From assembly GCA_003246265.1 (NCBI GenBank), contig QKAU01000051.1, positions 5,288 to 69,287 on the forward strand: a stretch of 64,000 nucleotides of DNA, given 5' to 3'. The notes under the pieces were generated by a model. It saw only the letters and a list, made by a program, of their open reading frames with translations, ran no database searches and was not told where the DNA came from. A program made the position numbers and the translations under genes. The DNA comes from Kiritimatiellales bacterium (lineage in GTDB: Bacteria; Verrucomicrobiota; Kiritimatiellia; Kiritimatiellales; Pontiellaceae). Below are positions 1 to 9,885 of the stretch, in pieces (the first letter of the stretch is position 1; each line of letters opens with the position of its first letter).

Positions 1-1020
1 CACGGGCACGACGGCACCGTTTCGCGGCGCGATCCCTCGAAGGTCATCCTCCATGACGGGAAATACTACGTGTGGTACACGCATCGCCAAACCCCCGTCC
101 CGCCGCAGGGGGCCGAGCTTTGCACAGACACGGTCCCTTCGTCCGACTGGGATCTGGCGGAGGTCTGGTATGCCACGTCCGATGACGGCTTTGCTTGGGA
201 AGAGCAGGGCGTCGCCCTGGCGCGGCCACCCAGGCCCGATCCCGGCTGGAGGTCGGTCACGACCACCGACATTCTCGTGTGGAAGGGGAGATACTACCTC
301 TACTTCCAGGCCTTCATGGAGGCCAGCGGCAAGCGGGGCGACGACTGCCCGGTTTCGGTCGCCTGGGCCGATTCGCCCGACGGACCCTGGACGTTCTCGA
401 ACCGGATCGTAATCCCCAACGGCGCCGAAGGCGAGTGGGACCAGTATTCCATCCATGACCCGTACCCGCTGGTGCATGACGGCAGGATCTACCTCTACTA
501 CAAGTCGGATTTCGGAGAAAACCCCCACAAGGTGCGCATGCAGGGGTTGGCCATCGCCGACAACCCGCTGGGGCCCTTCGCCAAGCACCCCCTGAACCCG
601 GTGATCACCTCCGGTCACGAGACGTCGCTCTTTCCCTTCAAGGAAGGCGTGGCGGCCCTGGTCTACAAGGATGGGCCCGAACACAACACCGTCCAGTACG
701 CAAAAGACTGGGTCAACTTCGAGATCGCCGCCATCACGGAACTGATGCCCTGGGCGGCCGCACCCTACGTGCCCGATGCCTTCACCGACACCTGGGACGG
801 CCGGGGCATTACCTGGGGCCTGGCCCACTTCATCAACTACAACGACGACTGGAAGACCTTCCATTCGGTGCTGGTCCGTTTCGACTGCGACCTGAGCCGC
901 GACCTCGACGACCCCGAAATGAAGGAACAGCGCGTAAACCACCGGCCGGAGGTCTACTACCGGCAGGGACTGAGCGCCAGGCAGCGGGAACGCATGGCCG
1001 GCGGGAACCGGCAAGAATAG
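1..1020 (+). CDS. Glycoside hydrolase, five-bladed beta-propeller type (GH43/GH117-like); 5' end lies outside the window
   Basis: Frame 1 is open from nt 1 (HGHDGTVSRRDPSKVILHDGKYYVWYTH...), so listed ORF 70..1020 is only the tail of a longer gene. Recurring blade strings GKYYVWYT / GRYYLYFQA / GRIYLYYKS and ADSPDGPW. Family assignment is from memory of GH43/117 propellers, not from a search. Confidence 0.6.
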   Translation, partial: HGHDGTVSRRDPSKVILHDGKYYVWYTHRQTPVPPQGAELCTDTVPSSDWDLAEVWYATSDDGFAWEEQGVALARPPRPDPGWRSVTTTDILVWKGRYYLYFQAFMEASGKRGDDCPVSVAWADSPDGPWTFSNRIVIPNGAEGEWDQYSIHDPYPLVHDGRIYLYYKSDFGENPHKVRMQGLAIADNPLGPFAKHPLNPVITSGHETSLFPFKEGVAALVYKDGPEHNTVQYAKDWVNFEIAAITELMPWAAAPYVPDAFTDTWDGRGITWGLAHFINYNDDWKTFHSVLVRFDCDLSRDLDDPEMKEQRVNHRPEVYYRQGLSARQRERMAGGNRQE

Positions 1021-1158
1021 CCATGCGGTGCCGGCGCGACCGCGCAGCGGGCCGCGGAACCAAACAAATGAGAACTATCTCATTGAGAGGGGGGCGCTCC
1101 GGGGGTAGAAGTAGAAAGGGCGGTGCATTTTACCGCATACGCACAGGGGGAGCGCACC

Positions 1159-2964
1159 ATGACCGGACTGCACTGGATCGATTGGACCATCGTCGTTGTC
1201 TTCATGCTGATCACCGTTGGGATCGGCCTCTACTTCACCAAGCGCGCAAGCGCGAACATTTCCTCGTTCTTCCTCACCGGACGCACCCTGCCGTGGTACA
1301 TCGCCGGCATGGCCTGGGTGGCGAGCGCGTTCGCTTCCGACACGCCGCTCTGGGTAAGCGCGCTGGTGCGGCGCATCGGGGTCTATTCCCTCTGGCAGTA
1401 CTGGTCCCCGCTAATCGGCATGGCGCTGGCCGCCGTCCTGTTTGCCCGGCTCTGGCGCCGCCTGGGCGTGCTGACGGATGTCGAGCTGCTGGAAAACCGC
1501 TATTCCGGCAAGCTGGCCGGCTTCCTCCGCTTCTGGGAGGGAGGTACGAAGGCGCTCTTCTTCGCACCGCTGGTGATCGGCTGGGTGGTGAAGGCCATGG
1601 AGGTCATCGGCCGCGAGGCGATGGGTTTGCCGGAAGAATACCGGGTGTGGACCACGGTCGTGGTGGTGGGCCTCGGCCTGCTGATGGTTACGCTCTCCGG
1701 ACTCTGGGGCGTGGTCTCCACCGGAGTCTTCCAGTTCGTCCTCGCCACGGTGGGCACCATCGTGCTAGCCGCGTTGTCGGTCCAGCGCGTCGGCGGGCTG
1801 GAGGCCATGGTCGAACAGCTCCGGGACATGACGGAGTGGAGCGGCCACAACCTCAACATCATGCCGGACATCGGCAGCGGCCCCACGCAGATGTCGATCT
1901 GGAACGCCATCGGCTTCTTCTGCATCATGTGGTACGGTACGGCATTTGCCGGCGATTACGCGGCGCAGCGCATCCTCGCCTGCAAGGACAGCCGCCACTC
2001 GAGCTTCGCGGTGCTGGCCTTCGCCATCCTCTACTACTCGATCATGGCGTGGCCGTGGATCGTTGTCGGCCTCTGCTCGCTGATCGTCTTCCCCGACCTG
2101 GGCGCAGGGGTTAGCCATGATTCGGCCTACCCGCGCATGATTGTCGAGATCGCGCCCGTCGGACTGCGCGGCGTCATTGTCGCGGCGATGATCGCAGCCT
2201 TTGTCTCCACCGTGACCACCCTCTTCAACTGGGGCTCCTCCTACGTCGTGAACGACCTCTACAAGCGCTTCCTGGTCCGGCACGCCTCCGACCGCCACTA
2301 CGTGAACGTTTCGCGGCTCACCACGATCGGCATGGCCGTAATCGGCGGCATCATCTCCTTTATCGCCAAGGATATCCAGCAACTGCTGGAGATCAGCTAC
2401 GTGATCATCCCCAGCGTCGTGGTGGTCGGCTTGCTGCGCTGGCTCTGGTGGCGGCTGACGCCGGTGGGCGATCTGGCGGGCACGGCAACGGCGTGGATCC
2501 TCAGTCCGCTGATGCTCTTCGGCAAGGTGTTCGACGCCCCGGCCCGCAGCCTCCTCGGGCTCGGCGAAGGCGTGGCACTTTCGAGCGACGGCAACCTGCT
2601 CGGCGCGCGCATGCTCTTCATGACGCTGATGGTGCTGGTCGTGGCCGTGGTCGTTTCGCTGCTGACCAGGCCCAACGAGATCGGCCAGCTCAAGATTTTC
2701 GTGGCCACGGCCCGTCCGCCGCGCTTCCTGTGGAAGAAGGTGGCGGAACAGCTGGACGCACCCTACCATCCGCCCGAAACGCTCGGCCGCATCCTGGTCT
2801 CCTGGCTGCTGGCCCTGACCGCCATCGCATCGCTGGTCTTCGCCATCGGCAAGCTGCTGCTGGGCAGCCCGGGACTCGGCCTGGTCTGGCTGGCCATCTT
2901 CGCCGTATCGCTCTGGCTCACCGTCCGCCGGATCAACCAGGACTTCGAACACGAAAAAGACTAG
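1159..2964 (+). CDS. Sodium:solute symporter (SSS/SLC5) family transporter
   Basis: ORF 1123..2964. ATG 1159 is preceded by AGGGGGA. The N-terminus IDWTIVVVFMLITVGIGLYFTKRA..SSFFLTGR is typical of SSS proteins, and there are many hydrophobic segments throughout. Confidence 0.85.
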   Translation: MTGLHWIDWTIVVVFMLITVGIGLYFTKRASANISSFFLTGRTLPWYIAGMAWVASAFASDTPLWVSALVRRIGVYSLWQYWSPLIGMALAAVLFARLWRRLGVLTDVELLENRYSGKLAGFLRFWEGGTKALFFAPLVIGWVVKAMEVIGREAMGLPEEYRVWTTVVVVGLGLLMVTLSGLWGVVSTGVFQFVLATVGTIVLAALSVQRVGGLEAMVEQLRDMTEWSGHNLNIMPDIGSGPTQMSIWNAIGFFCIMWYGTAFAGDYAAQRILACKDSRHSSFAVLAFAILYYSIMAWPWIVVGLCSLIVFPDLGAGVSHDSAYPRMIVEIAPVGLRGVIVAAMIAAFVSTVTTLFNWGSSYVVNDLYKRFLVRHASDRHYVNVSRLTTIGMAVIGGIISFIAKDIQQLLEISYVIIPSVVVVGLLRWLWWRLTPVGDLAGTATAWILSPLMLFGKVFDAPARSLLGLGEGVALSSDGNLLGARMLFMTLMVLVVAVVVSLLTRPNEIGQLKIFVATARPPRFLWKKVAEQLDAPYHPPETLGRILVSWLLALTAIASLVFAIGKLLLGSPGLGLVWLAIFAVSLWLTVRRINQDFEHEKD

Positions 2965-3021
2965 GGCAGACAACGGTTGAGTCGACGTTGATGGATGGGG
3001 CGGTGTGTCCCGCACCGCCGT

Positions 3022-3043
3022 GGACGGCTGGGGACAGCCGTCC
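3022..3043. terminator. Perfect 9-bp stem / 4-nt loop hairpin between convergent genes (putative bidirectional terminator)
   Basis: GGACGGCTG-GGGA-CAGCCGTCC. A second hairpin GGCGGTG-N7-CACCGCC lies just upstream (about 2999-3019). No clean U-tract. Confidence 0.4.
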
Positions 3044-3085
3044 CTGCCAGTGAAATCGGCGGCGGCACCTCATTCGTAAACCGCC

Positions 3086-5383
3086 CTAGTCCGCGAGCTC
3101 CGCGAGGATGGCGGCGGTATCTTCGCCCAGTGCCGGCGAGCCTTTCGGGGCATAGATCCGTTCACCGTCGACCCGGATCGGGCAGCGCGTGGTGCGGTAG
3201 CGGGTGCCGCTGCCCAGCGCCACCTCCTGCTCCATGCCGAGCAACCGATACGCCTCGGTCGCGCGCAGCATCCGCCAATCGTGGACCTTTGCGCACCAGA
3301 TGTCGGCCGGTTCCAGAACGGCCAGCCATTCGTCCGTTGTTTTGGTTTCAAGGTGCTCGGCAAGGATGCGCTTGATGGCGTCGCGTTCGGTGAACCAGCT
3401 CGCCGGCTCGGGAAAGTTTTGCAGGGCAGCGCAGCCGATCAGTTCGCCGATGCGCGTTACGCTGCCCATGGCGAGGGCGAGATGCCCGTCCGCCGTCCGG
3501 TAGATGCCGTAGGGCGCCCCGAGATAGGCGTGCGCGTTGTGCGTTGCGGTGCGCGCGGGCGGTTGCCCGCCATCCTGGAAATAGACCGTGAGCGGCTCGA
3601 ACTGGAAGTCGAGCATCGACTCGAACATGCTCACCTCGACCACCCCGCCTTCCCCCGCGGCCAGCTTGGCGAGGATGCCCTGCGCCAGCTGGGCGCCCGC
3701 GAAGATGTCCGCGACCGCCAGCCCCATCGGTACGGGGCCGTCGCCCGCGTTGCCGGAAAGCCACGTGAGGCTGCTGACGGCCTGCACCAGCAGGTCCTGG
3801 CCCGGCTTCTCTTTCCAGGGCCCTTCCGGACCGTAGCCGGAGATTGCGCCATAGATGATTTCCGGGTTGAGCGCCTTGACGCCCGCGTAGTCGAAGCCCA
3901 GGCGCTTCATCACGCCCGGCCGGAAGTTGTTGATTACCACGTCGGCCTTCGCCACCAGTTTCCGGAGCGTCTCACGGTCGGCTTCCGATTTCAGGTCGGC
4001 GCAGAAGCTCTCCTTGTTGCGGTTGATGGCATGGAACAGGGTCGATTCGCCGTTGAGCTCGACGTCGGTGACGTAGAGCGTCCGGCAGATGTCGCCGCTG
4101 CCCGGCCGTTCGATCTTGATGACCCGCGCCCCGAGGTCGGCCAGCCGCAGGCTGGCGGAGGGCCCGGAGAGGAATTGGCTGAAGTCGACCACCGTAATGC
4201 CTTCGAGCAGGCGTTCGGTCTTCGGGCCAGCGGGCAGTTTCCTCGGGACCGGAAGGGAGGAAAGCGCCTCGTTGGCGTTGCCGATGGTCGGCGCGGCGGT
4301 TTTTGAATAGAGGCGTTGCCCGTCAAGCCGGATCGGGCAGCGCAACGTCCGCACGCGTACATTGTTTGGCCGTTCGACCACCTGCTCCATGCCGATGACC
4401 TGGTAGGCCGGATGCTGCATCATCCGCCCGTAGTCGAGTACGGGGGAGCACCAATAGTCGGCCGGCTCCAGGATGGAGAGCCACTCCGCGGTGGCTTTTT
4501 CGCTGAAGCGGCCGGCGAGCAAGGCATTGATCTCGTCCCGTCGCTCGAAGCGTGCAGCGGCTCCCATGTCCTCGAAGCCGTCCAGTCCGATCAGCCGGCC
4601 GAGTTTCTTGAGCGAACCCATCGCGATGGCGATGTGGCCGTCCTGCGTGCGGAAGATTCCGTAGGGCGCGCCGAGGTAGGGGTGCGCAGGATGGGTCCTG
4701 GCGCGGTGGGGCAGCTTCCCGCCATCGTTGAGATGGGTCGTGAGCACTTCGAACTGCAGGTCGAGCAGCGATTCCAGCAGGCTCACCTCGATGCGCGCGC
4801 CCTGCCCGGTCTTGCGCCGCCGGGCGAGCGCGGCGAGGAGTCCCTGCGCGAAGTGGGTGCCGCAGATCATGTCGCCGACGGCCATGCCGAACGGGGTGGG
4901 CGGGGCGTCGGCGGTGCCGGTCAGCCAAGTGAGCCCGGAAACCGATTGCGCCAGCAGGTCCTGGCCCGGCTTGCCGCTCCACGGGCCTTCCTTGCCGTAG
5001 CCGGTGACTTCGCCATAAATGATGCCCGGATGGATGGCGCGGACCGATTCGTAGTCGAGGCCGATCTTCTCCATGACGCCCGGGCGGAAGTTGTGGGTCA
5101 TCACGTCGGCCGAGGCAATCAAGGACTTGACGCGCCCCAGGTCGGCCTGATCCTTGAGGTTGGCGGCATAGGAGGATTTGTTGCGGTTGATGGTGTGGAA
5201 AACGAGGCTGTCGCCGTCCACATAGAGGTTCTTGGTGGCCAGCTGGCGGCAGGCATCGCCCGATCCGGGCCGCTCCACCTTGACGACGCGCGCCCCGAGA
5301 TCGGCCAGCCGCAGGCCCGCGTAGGGGCCTGCCAGGTATTGGCTGAATTCGAGGACGGTGATTCCTTCGAGCGGCAGTTTCAT
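3086..5383 (-). CDS. Tandem-duplicated family III CoA-transferase (two CaiB/BaiF/Frc-type domains in one 765-aa chain)
   Basis: N-half is [43 protein letters not shown]-half is [42 protein letters not shown]. Each half keeps an Asp-containing segment (AVGDMICG / AVADIFAG). The ATG lies 4 nt after the stop of the upstream gene. Confidence 0.85.
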   Translation of the reverse strand: MKLPLEGITVLEFSQYLAGPYAGLRLADLGARVVKVERPGSGDACRQLATKNLYVDGDSLVFHTINRNKSSYAANLKDQADLGRVKSLIASADVMTHNFRPGVMEKIGLDYESVRAIHPGIIYGEVTGYGKEGPWSGKPGQDLLAQSVSGLTWLTGTADAPPTPFGMAVGDMICGTHFAQGLLAALARRRKTGQGARIEVSLLESLLDLQFEVLTTHLNDGGKLPHRARTHPAHPYLGAPYGIFRTQDGHIAIAMGSLKKLGRLIGLDGFEDMGAAARFERRDEINALLAGRFSEKATAEWLSILEPADYWCSPVLDYGRMMQHPAYQVIGMEQVVERPNNVRVRTLRCPIRLDGQRLYSKTAAPTIGNANEALSSLPVPRKLPAGPKTERLLEGITVVDFSQFLSGPSASLRLADLGARVIKIERPGSGDICRTLYVTDVELNGESTLFHAINRNKESFCADLKSEADRETLRKLVAKADVVINNFRPGVMKRLGFDYAGVKALNPEIIYGAISGYGPEGPWKEKPGQDLLVQAVSSLTWLSGNAGDGPVPMGLAVADIFAGAQLAQGILAKLAAGEGGVVEVSMFESMLDFQFEPLTVYFQDGGQPPARTATHNAHAYLGAPYGIYRTADGHLALAMGSVTRIGELIGCAALQNFPEPASWFTERDAIKRILAEHLETKTTDEWLAVLEPADIWCAKVHDWRMLRATEAYRLLGMEQEVALGSGTRYRTTRCPIRVDGERIYAPKGSPALGEDTAAILAELAD

Positions 5384-5386
5384 CGG

Positions 5387-6535
5387 TTAGCCCCTGGATT
5401 GGCGGTAGAGCGCATTGAGTTTTGCCAGCACGTCGCCGGCCCTTCCGCCATGCTTGAGGTAGTCGTGGATCGGGTCGCCCGCCACGTCCTGGAAGTCGAG
5501 GTAGCCTGCGTAGCGCGGGCGCACGAAGGCGCGGTCGAGCGTGGGCAGCGTGTCGGCGAAGAAGTTGCTGCACGCCTGGTTGGTCTCGGGCGCGGTCCAG
5601 GCGGAGCGGTGGCCGGGCTGGCCTCCGGACTCGAAGAAGAGGCCGCGCTGGATCGCGGGCGAAGCGACGAACCGGGCGTATTCGACCGCGGCATCGACGT
5701 GCCGGCATTTGGCGGAGATGGCCAGTCCCGTACCGCCAAGCATGGTGGCGCCCGGGGTGCCAGCCCCGATGCCGATCACGTCGCCAAAGGTGAGCAGGTG
5801 GGGGGCGTAGCCGGGGCGGGAATAGTTGGTGTACCCGTAGGTGTAGGGAGCGTACGCGAAGTCGTCGGTCTGCGACATGACCTCCAGCGTACGGATCGGG
5901 TTCAGGTCGAAGAACCGCGCGGGAACGACGTCCGCCAGTTGCTTGAGCCGTTCGAGGGCCACCAGCCCCGCGTCGCGCTCCGCCACCTCGTCGTCGTTCG
6001 GGAAAATGGTTTCGCCGGCGGCCATGAGCAGGTTGAGGAAGTTCCCGTAGACGTCGAGGGGGATGCTCGGGCAGCAGACCAGGCCGCGCTTGCCCAGCGC
6101 GATCAGGTCGTCGAAGGTTTGCGGTGCTTCCACCCCGGCCTTTTCCAGCAGGTCGGGGCGGCGGGCGGAGACGGGGCAGGCGGCGTCGATGGCCAGCGCC
6201 CATTGGCCGCCGTTGAAGCTGTAGCTCGGATGCGACCGGCCGACGGAGTGTGCGGCCTGGTCGGCGAGGAATGCGGGTGGCAGGTGCTGCTCCAGGGGGA
6301 GCAGGATGCCGCTGGCGGCGGCAAAACCGGCCCACGGATGGTCGATGACGAGGAAATCGAACTGTTCCGCCAGCTCGCCCAGCGGCTTGTCGGCAAATTC
6401 CTGCAGGGAGCGCTTCGACCACGCAATGTCGATGTTTGGATGGAGTTCGTGGAAGCGCTGCGACGTGGCGACCATCGGCACAAAGCCGCGGGTGTGGTCC
6501 CAGGTCATGCCGTTCAATCGAATAGGTGCGTTCAT
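5387..6535 (-). CDS. Periplasmic-binding-protein-fold (ABC substrate-binding-like) protein lacking a signal peptide
   Basis: 382-aa ORF with the high-GC codon bias of neighbouring genes. The N-terminus [18 protein letters not shown] has no hydrophobic leader. It resembles cytosolic SBP-like proteins seen next to CoA-transferases (recall only). No ABC permease or ATPase gene is nearby. Confidence 0.55.
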   Translation of the reverse strand: MNAPIRLNGMTWDHTRGFVPMVATSQRFHELHPNIDIAWSKRSLQEFADKPLGELAEQFDFLVIDHPWAGFAAASGILLPLEQHLPPAFLADQAAHSVGRSHPSYSFNGGQWALAIDAACPVSARRPDLLEKAGVEAPQTFDDLIALGKRGLVCCPSIPLDVYGNFLNLLMAAGETIFPNDDEVAERDAGLVALERLKQLADVVPARFFDLNPIRTLEVMSQTDDFAYAPYTYGYTNYSRPGYAPHLLTFGDVIGIGAGTPGATMLGGTGLAISAKCRHVDAAVEYARFVASPAIQRGLFFESGGQPGHRSAWTAPETNQACSNFFADTLPTLDRAFVRPRYAGYLDFQDVAGDPIHDYLKHGGRAGDVLAKLNALYRQSRG

Positions 6536-6557
6536 GGGGCTTGCCTTTTGTTTTTAA

Positions 6558-6578
6558 ATATGAAAGTTTGGTTCATAT
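6558..6578. promoter_or_regulatory. Inverted repeat ATATGAA-N7-TTCATAT, candidate IclR operator
   Basis: Perfect 7-bp inverted repeat in the AT-rich divergent intergenic region. The right half is the predicted -10 of the minus-strand operon. Confidence 0.35.
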
Positions 6579-6600
6579 GCAAATATTGATGGGCTGTCAA
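6572..6600 (-). promoter_or_regulatory. Sigma70-like promoter for the binding-protein/CoA-transferase operon
   Basis: Minus strand reads TTGACA-17 nt-TATGAA (perfect -35, 4/6 -10), about 35 nt upstream of ATG 6535. Confidence 0.5.
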
Positions 6601-6652
6601 GCGGCTTGTCGAGGTCGTCCTTAATGGGACGTATCTTCGCTTGCACCGCCGA

Positions 6653-7459
6653 ATGGAAACCGGGTATGCATCGATGGAGATGGCTGAAACCAGAAAGAAG
6701 AAGAACTACCAGGCACCGGCCCTGGAGAAGGGGCTGGACATCCTGGAACACCTCTCCAGCCAGGGCGAAGGCCGCACGCAGGTGGAGATTGCGCAGGCGC
6801 TGGGCCGCAACCAGAGCGAGATCTACCGCATGCTCACCTGCCTGGAGGCGCGGGGATACATCGCCAAGGAGCCGGGCGGAGGCGGGTACCGGATGACCCT
6901 GCGCCTCTTCGAACTGGGCCACCGGCAGCATACCGCGACGCTCCTGCGGCAGGCCGCGCACCTGCCGATGGAGGCCCTGGCGGAGGAGATCGGCCAATCG
7001 TGCCACCTGAGCTTCCCCCACGGCATCTCCCTGATTGTGATGATGGAGCGCATGCCGGCGCGCCGGGTCTGCCTGGCGGTGGGCGAGGGGGCGGTGCTTC
7101 CCCTAAGCCGGACGGCTTCGGGCAAGGTGCTGCTGGGGCGGATGCCGGATGCCGTGGCGGAGCGCATCCTGGCGATGGATCCCGACTACAAGCAGCTTTC
7201 CCCGGCGCTCCGGAACCAGATGGGTCTTTCCATTGCCGCGGCGCGGACCAACGGATTCCTGGCCGAAGAGAGCGATTTGACCGAAGGGGTGGCGGATATC
7301 GCCGTGCCGGTGGGCGTCGACGGATCCGGCACGGCCGCGGTCCTGGCGGTCTCCTATCTGAACAGCGGCAAGGATGCGGCGCAGCGGCAGCGGCGCTACC
7401 TCGGGGCCGCCCAGCTCTGCGCGGCCGAAATCAACCGCAACCTGGGAGTGTTCCGATGA
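6653..7459 (+). CDS. IclR-family transcriptional regulator
   Basis: APALEKGLDILEHLSSQGEGRTQVEIAQALGRNQSEIYRMLTCLEARGYI is an IclR-type wHTH, followed by an effector domain. The start is ambiguous (ATG 6653, 6674 or 6680; the listed 6641 is TTG). Confidence 0.85.
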   Translation: METGYASMEMAETRKKKNYQAPALEKGLDILEHLSSQGEGRTQVEIAQALGRNQSEIYRMLTCLEARGYIAKEPGGGGYRMTLRLFELGHRQHTATLLRQAAHLPMEALAEEIGQSCHLSFPHGISLIVMMERMPARRVCLAVGEGAVLPLSRTASGKVLLGRMPDAVAERILAMDPDYKQLSPALRNQMGLSIAAARTNGFLAEESDLTEGVADIAVPVGVDGSGTAAVLAVSYLNSGKDAAQRQRRYLGAAQLCAAEINRNLGVFR

Positions 7460-8232
7460 GCGATGTACTCTATGCGTGCGAGGATGGCGTGGCTTCGATC
7501 GTGTTCAACCGGCCGAAGGCCAACGGCTACGACCTCGCCTTCCACGAGGCGTTCCACGAGGCGATCGTCCGGGCAGACCGGGATGCAACCGTGCGGGTGG
7601 TGGTGCTGCGCAGCGCCTTGGAACGTTTCTTCTGCGCCGGGGCCGACATCAAGGCATTCGCCGCCAACAGCATCGAAGAGAACAAGCGGATGGTGGATCA
7701 GGCGCGCGCCAACCTGGCGGCGATGGAACGGAGCGGAAAGATCTTCATCGCCGAAATCAACGGGCACGCCTTGGGCGGCGGCCTGGAGATCGTGCTGGCG
7801 TGCGACCTGCGGTTCGGCGGCGACGGCGCCTACCAGCTGGGCCTGCCGGAGGTCAAGCTGGGGCTGACGCCCGGCAACGGAGGGTCGCAGCGGTTGGCGC
7901 GGATCGTCGGGATGGCCAAGGCGCTGGAGCTGTGCGTGACGGGTCAGGGCATCGGTCCGCAGGAAGCGTTCCGGATCGGGCTGCTGAACCGGCTCCATCC
8001 GGCCGATACCTTGCGGCAGGAAACAGGTGCATTTGCCAAGGAACTGGCCAACGGGGCGCCACTGGCCATTGCAGCGCTGAAGAAGGGGATCCGGGCCGGG
8101 ATTGAAAAACCGCTTTCGGGGGGATTGGAGCTGGAGGCCGGGCTGGTTGAACCCCTTTATGGGACAGCCGATGCCGAAGAGGGATTCCGTGCCTTCACGG
8201 AAAAGAGGCCGCCAGTCTACAAGGGGTGTTGA
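7456..8232 (+). CDS. Enoyl-CoA hydratase/isomerase (crotonase) family protein
   Basis: MSDVLYACEDGVASIVFNRP...FFCAGADIKAF...INGHALGGGLEIVLACDLR. ATG 7456 overlaps the IclR stop (ATGA). The part of listed ORF 7000..8232 upstream of this start is in a non-coding-looking frame. Confidence 0.9.
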   Translation: MSDVLYACEDGVASIVFNRPKANGYDLAFHEAFHEAIVRADRDATVRVVVLRSALERFFCAGADIKAFAANSIEENKRMVDQARANLAAMERSGKIFIAEINGHALGGGLEIVLACDLRFGGDGAYQLGLPEVKLGLTPGNGGSQRLARIVGMAKALELCVTGQGIGPQEAFRIGLLNRLHPADTLRQETGAFAKELANGAPLAIAALKKGIRAGIEKPLSGGLELEAGLVEPLYGTADAEEGFRAFTEKRPPVYKGC

Positions 8233-8265
8233 ATGGGCTCTTAAAACAACAACGGAGAATTCAAC

Positions 8266-9720
8266 ATGAGTACAGGAAAAAACAAGCCGGCGTTCTATCC
8301 CGCCTATATCGATGGCGAGTGGATCGATACCCAGGACCGCATCCAGGTCGATAACCCCGCAACCGGCGAAATATGGGCGGAGGTGCCGCAGTGCTCCGTG
8401 GCCGACGTGCAGCATGCGCTGGAATCCTCGGCAGCCGCGCAGCCGGCCTGGCAGGATCTTCCGCCGATCGAGCGGGCGAGGTTCATCTATGGTCTGGCGG
8501 ACCGGCTGGAGGCCGAAAAGGAGCACTTCGCCAAACTGCTCGTCATGGAGCAGGGCAAGACGCTGAACGAAGCGCGGTTCGAGGTGGACGACACGATCCG
8601 CTACATGACCTACAACGCGGATGCGGCGCGGAGGCTGGAGGGGCAGATCTTTCCCTCCGACCTGCCGAACGAGCAGCTGATGATCTTCAAGGTTCCGTAC
8701 GGGGTCACCGCCGGACTCTGCTCGTTCAACTATCCGCTCGCGCTCATTGGCCGCAAGATCGGGCCGGCACTGGTTACCGGCAATACCATGGTGCTCAAGC
8801 CGCACGAGGCCACGCCGGTCACCGCCTCGGAGTTCTGCCGCCTCGTCGACGAGGTCGGCCTGCCCAAGGGCGTCGTGAACATGGTGCCGGGAGCTGGCGT
8901 GGAAGTCGGCAAGGCCCTGGTGAGCAACCCGATCGTCAAGCTGGTTTCGATGACCGGCAGCACCCGCGTCGGGCAGGCCATCTGTGCCGCCGTGGCGGAA
9001 AACGTGACGGCGCTCTCGTTGGAACTGGGCGGCAAGGCGCCGTTCATCGTCCTTGAAGATGCGGATATCGACAAGGCCGCGGAGGCGGCGGTGGTTGCGC
9101 GGTTTGCGAATTGCGGCCAGGTCTGCATCTGCAACGAAACGGTGCTGGTTCATGAAAAGGTGGCCGATGAATTCACCGAAAAGCTGCTGGCAAAGGTGAA
9201 GAAGATCAAGCTGGGCGATCCCATGCGAAACATCGGAATGGGGCCGGCTACGACCCCGGCCGGGCTGGCGCGCGTCGAAAGGATCGTCGCTGAAACGCTG
9301 GCCGAGGGCGCCACGCTGGCGTGCGGCGGCCAGCGGCCGGCCGGTGCCGAATTTGAAAAGGGCTACTGGTACGAGCCCACCGTGCTGCTCAATGCCACCC
9401 GGGATTCCACGGCCGTCAAGGAGGAGATCTTCGGGCCGGTGCTGCCGATCGTGAAGATCTCGGGCTACGAGGAGGCGCTCGAGATCACGAATGCGCGGGA
9501 GGACGGGCTTTCGGCCTATCTCTGGACGCGCGACTACCGCACGTTCATGCATGCCATCGGCCATTTGCAGACCGGCACGATCTTCGTGAACAAGGGGATC
9601 GTCGGCTACATCCAGGGGTACCACAACGGCCACAAGCGCAGCGGCCTTGGCGGCGAGGACGGCATCTACGGCCTCGAAGGCTATCTCCAGAAGCGCACGG
9701 TCTACCTCAGCTGCGAGTAG
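8266..9720 (+). CDS. NAD(P)+-dependent aldehyde dehydrogenase
   Basis: 484 aa with ALDH motifs LELGGKAP (catalytic Glu region) and [12 protein letters not shown] (catalytic Cys). RBS ACGGAGA lies before the ATG. Confidence 0.9.
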   Translation: MSTGKNKPAFYPAYIDGEWIDTQDRIQVDNPATGEIWAEVPQCSVADVQHALESSAAAQPAWQDLPPIERARFIYGLADRLEAEKEHFAKLLVMEQGKTLNEARFEVDDTIRYMTYNADAARRLEGQIFPSDLPNEQLMIFKVPYGVTAGLCSFNYPLALIGRKIGPALVTGNTMVLKPHEATPVTASEFCRLVDEVGLPKGVVNMVPGAGVEVGKALVSNPIVKLVSMTGSTRVGQAICAAVAENVTALSLELGGKAPFIVLEDADIDKAAEAAVVARFANCGQVCICNETVLVHEKVADEFTEKLLAKVKKIKLGDPMRNIGMGPATTPAGLARVERIVAETLAEGATLACGGQRPAGAEFEKGYWYEPTVLLNATRDSTAVKEEIFGPVLPIVKISGYEEALEITNAREDGLSAYLWTRDYRTFMHAIGHLQTGTIFVNKGIVGYIQGYHNGHKRSGLGGEDGIYGLEGYLQKRTVYLSCE

Positions 9721-9750
9721 TCCGTTTGCCGGCCAGCATGGCCTGGCGTG

Positions 9751-9802
9751 CAAGGGGTGGCCCGGCGGCGGGCCGGCCCCTTGTCTGCGGCACCGCAAGG
9801 GG
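9751..9802 (+). terminator. GC-rich stem-loop(s) after the aldehyde dehydrogenase gene, with two mutually exclusive foldings
   Basis: CAAGGGGTGGCCCG-GCGG-CGGGCCGGCCCCTTG (9751-9783). The CCCCTTG arm can alternatively pair with CAAGGGG at 9796-9802. No U-tract. Confidence 0.3.
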
Positions 9803-9885
9803 CCGGGGAACTTTCCCTGCAATTTGAATATACAGCATGGGGGGATGGAGCTATATAGCCGCTGAATTTGCAACAGCGGGAAAAC

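Noticed and set aside
1023-2114. 363-aa ORF overlapping the SSS transporter in another frame, and similar alternate-frame ORFs listed throughout the track
   Set aside because: Arg/Gly/His/Pro-rich and without hydrophobic structure. The transporter frame is clearly the real one.
4316-6589. 757-aa plus-strand ORF and 699-aa alternate-frame minus-strand ORF (4323..6422) over the CoA-transferase and binding-protein genes
   Set aside because: Both are shadow or alternate-frame ORFs with Arg/Pro/Gly-rich nonsense composition. The 3086..5383 and 5387..6535 frames contain the family motifs and proper starts.
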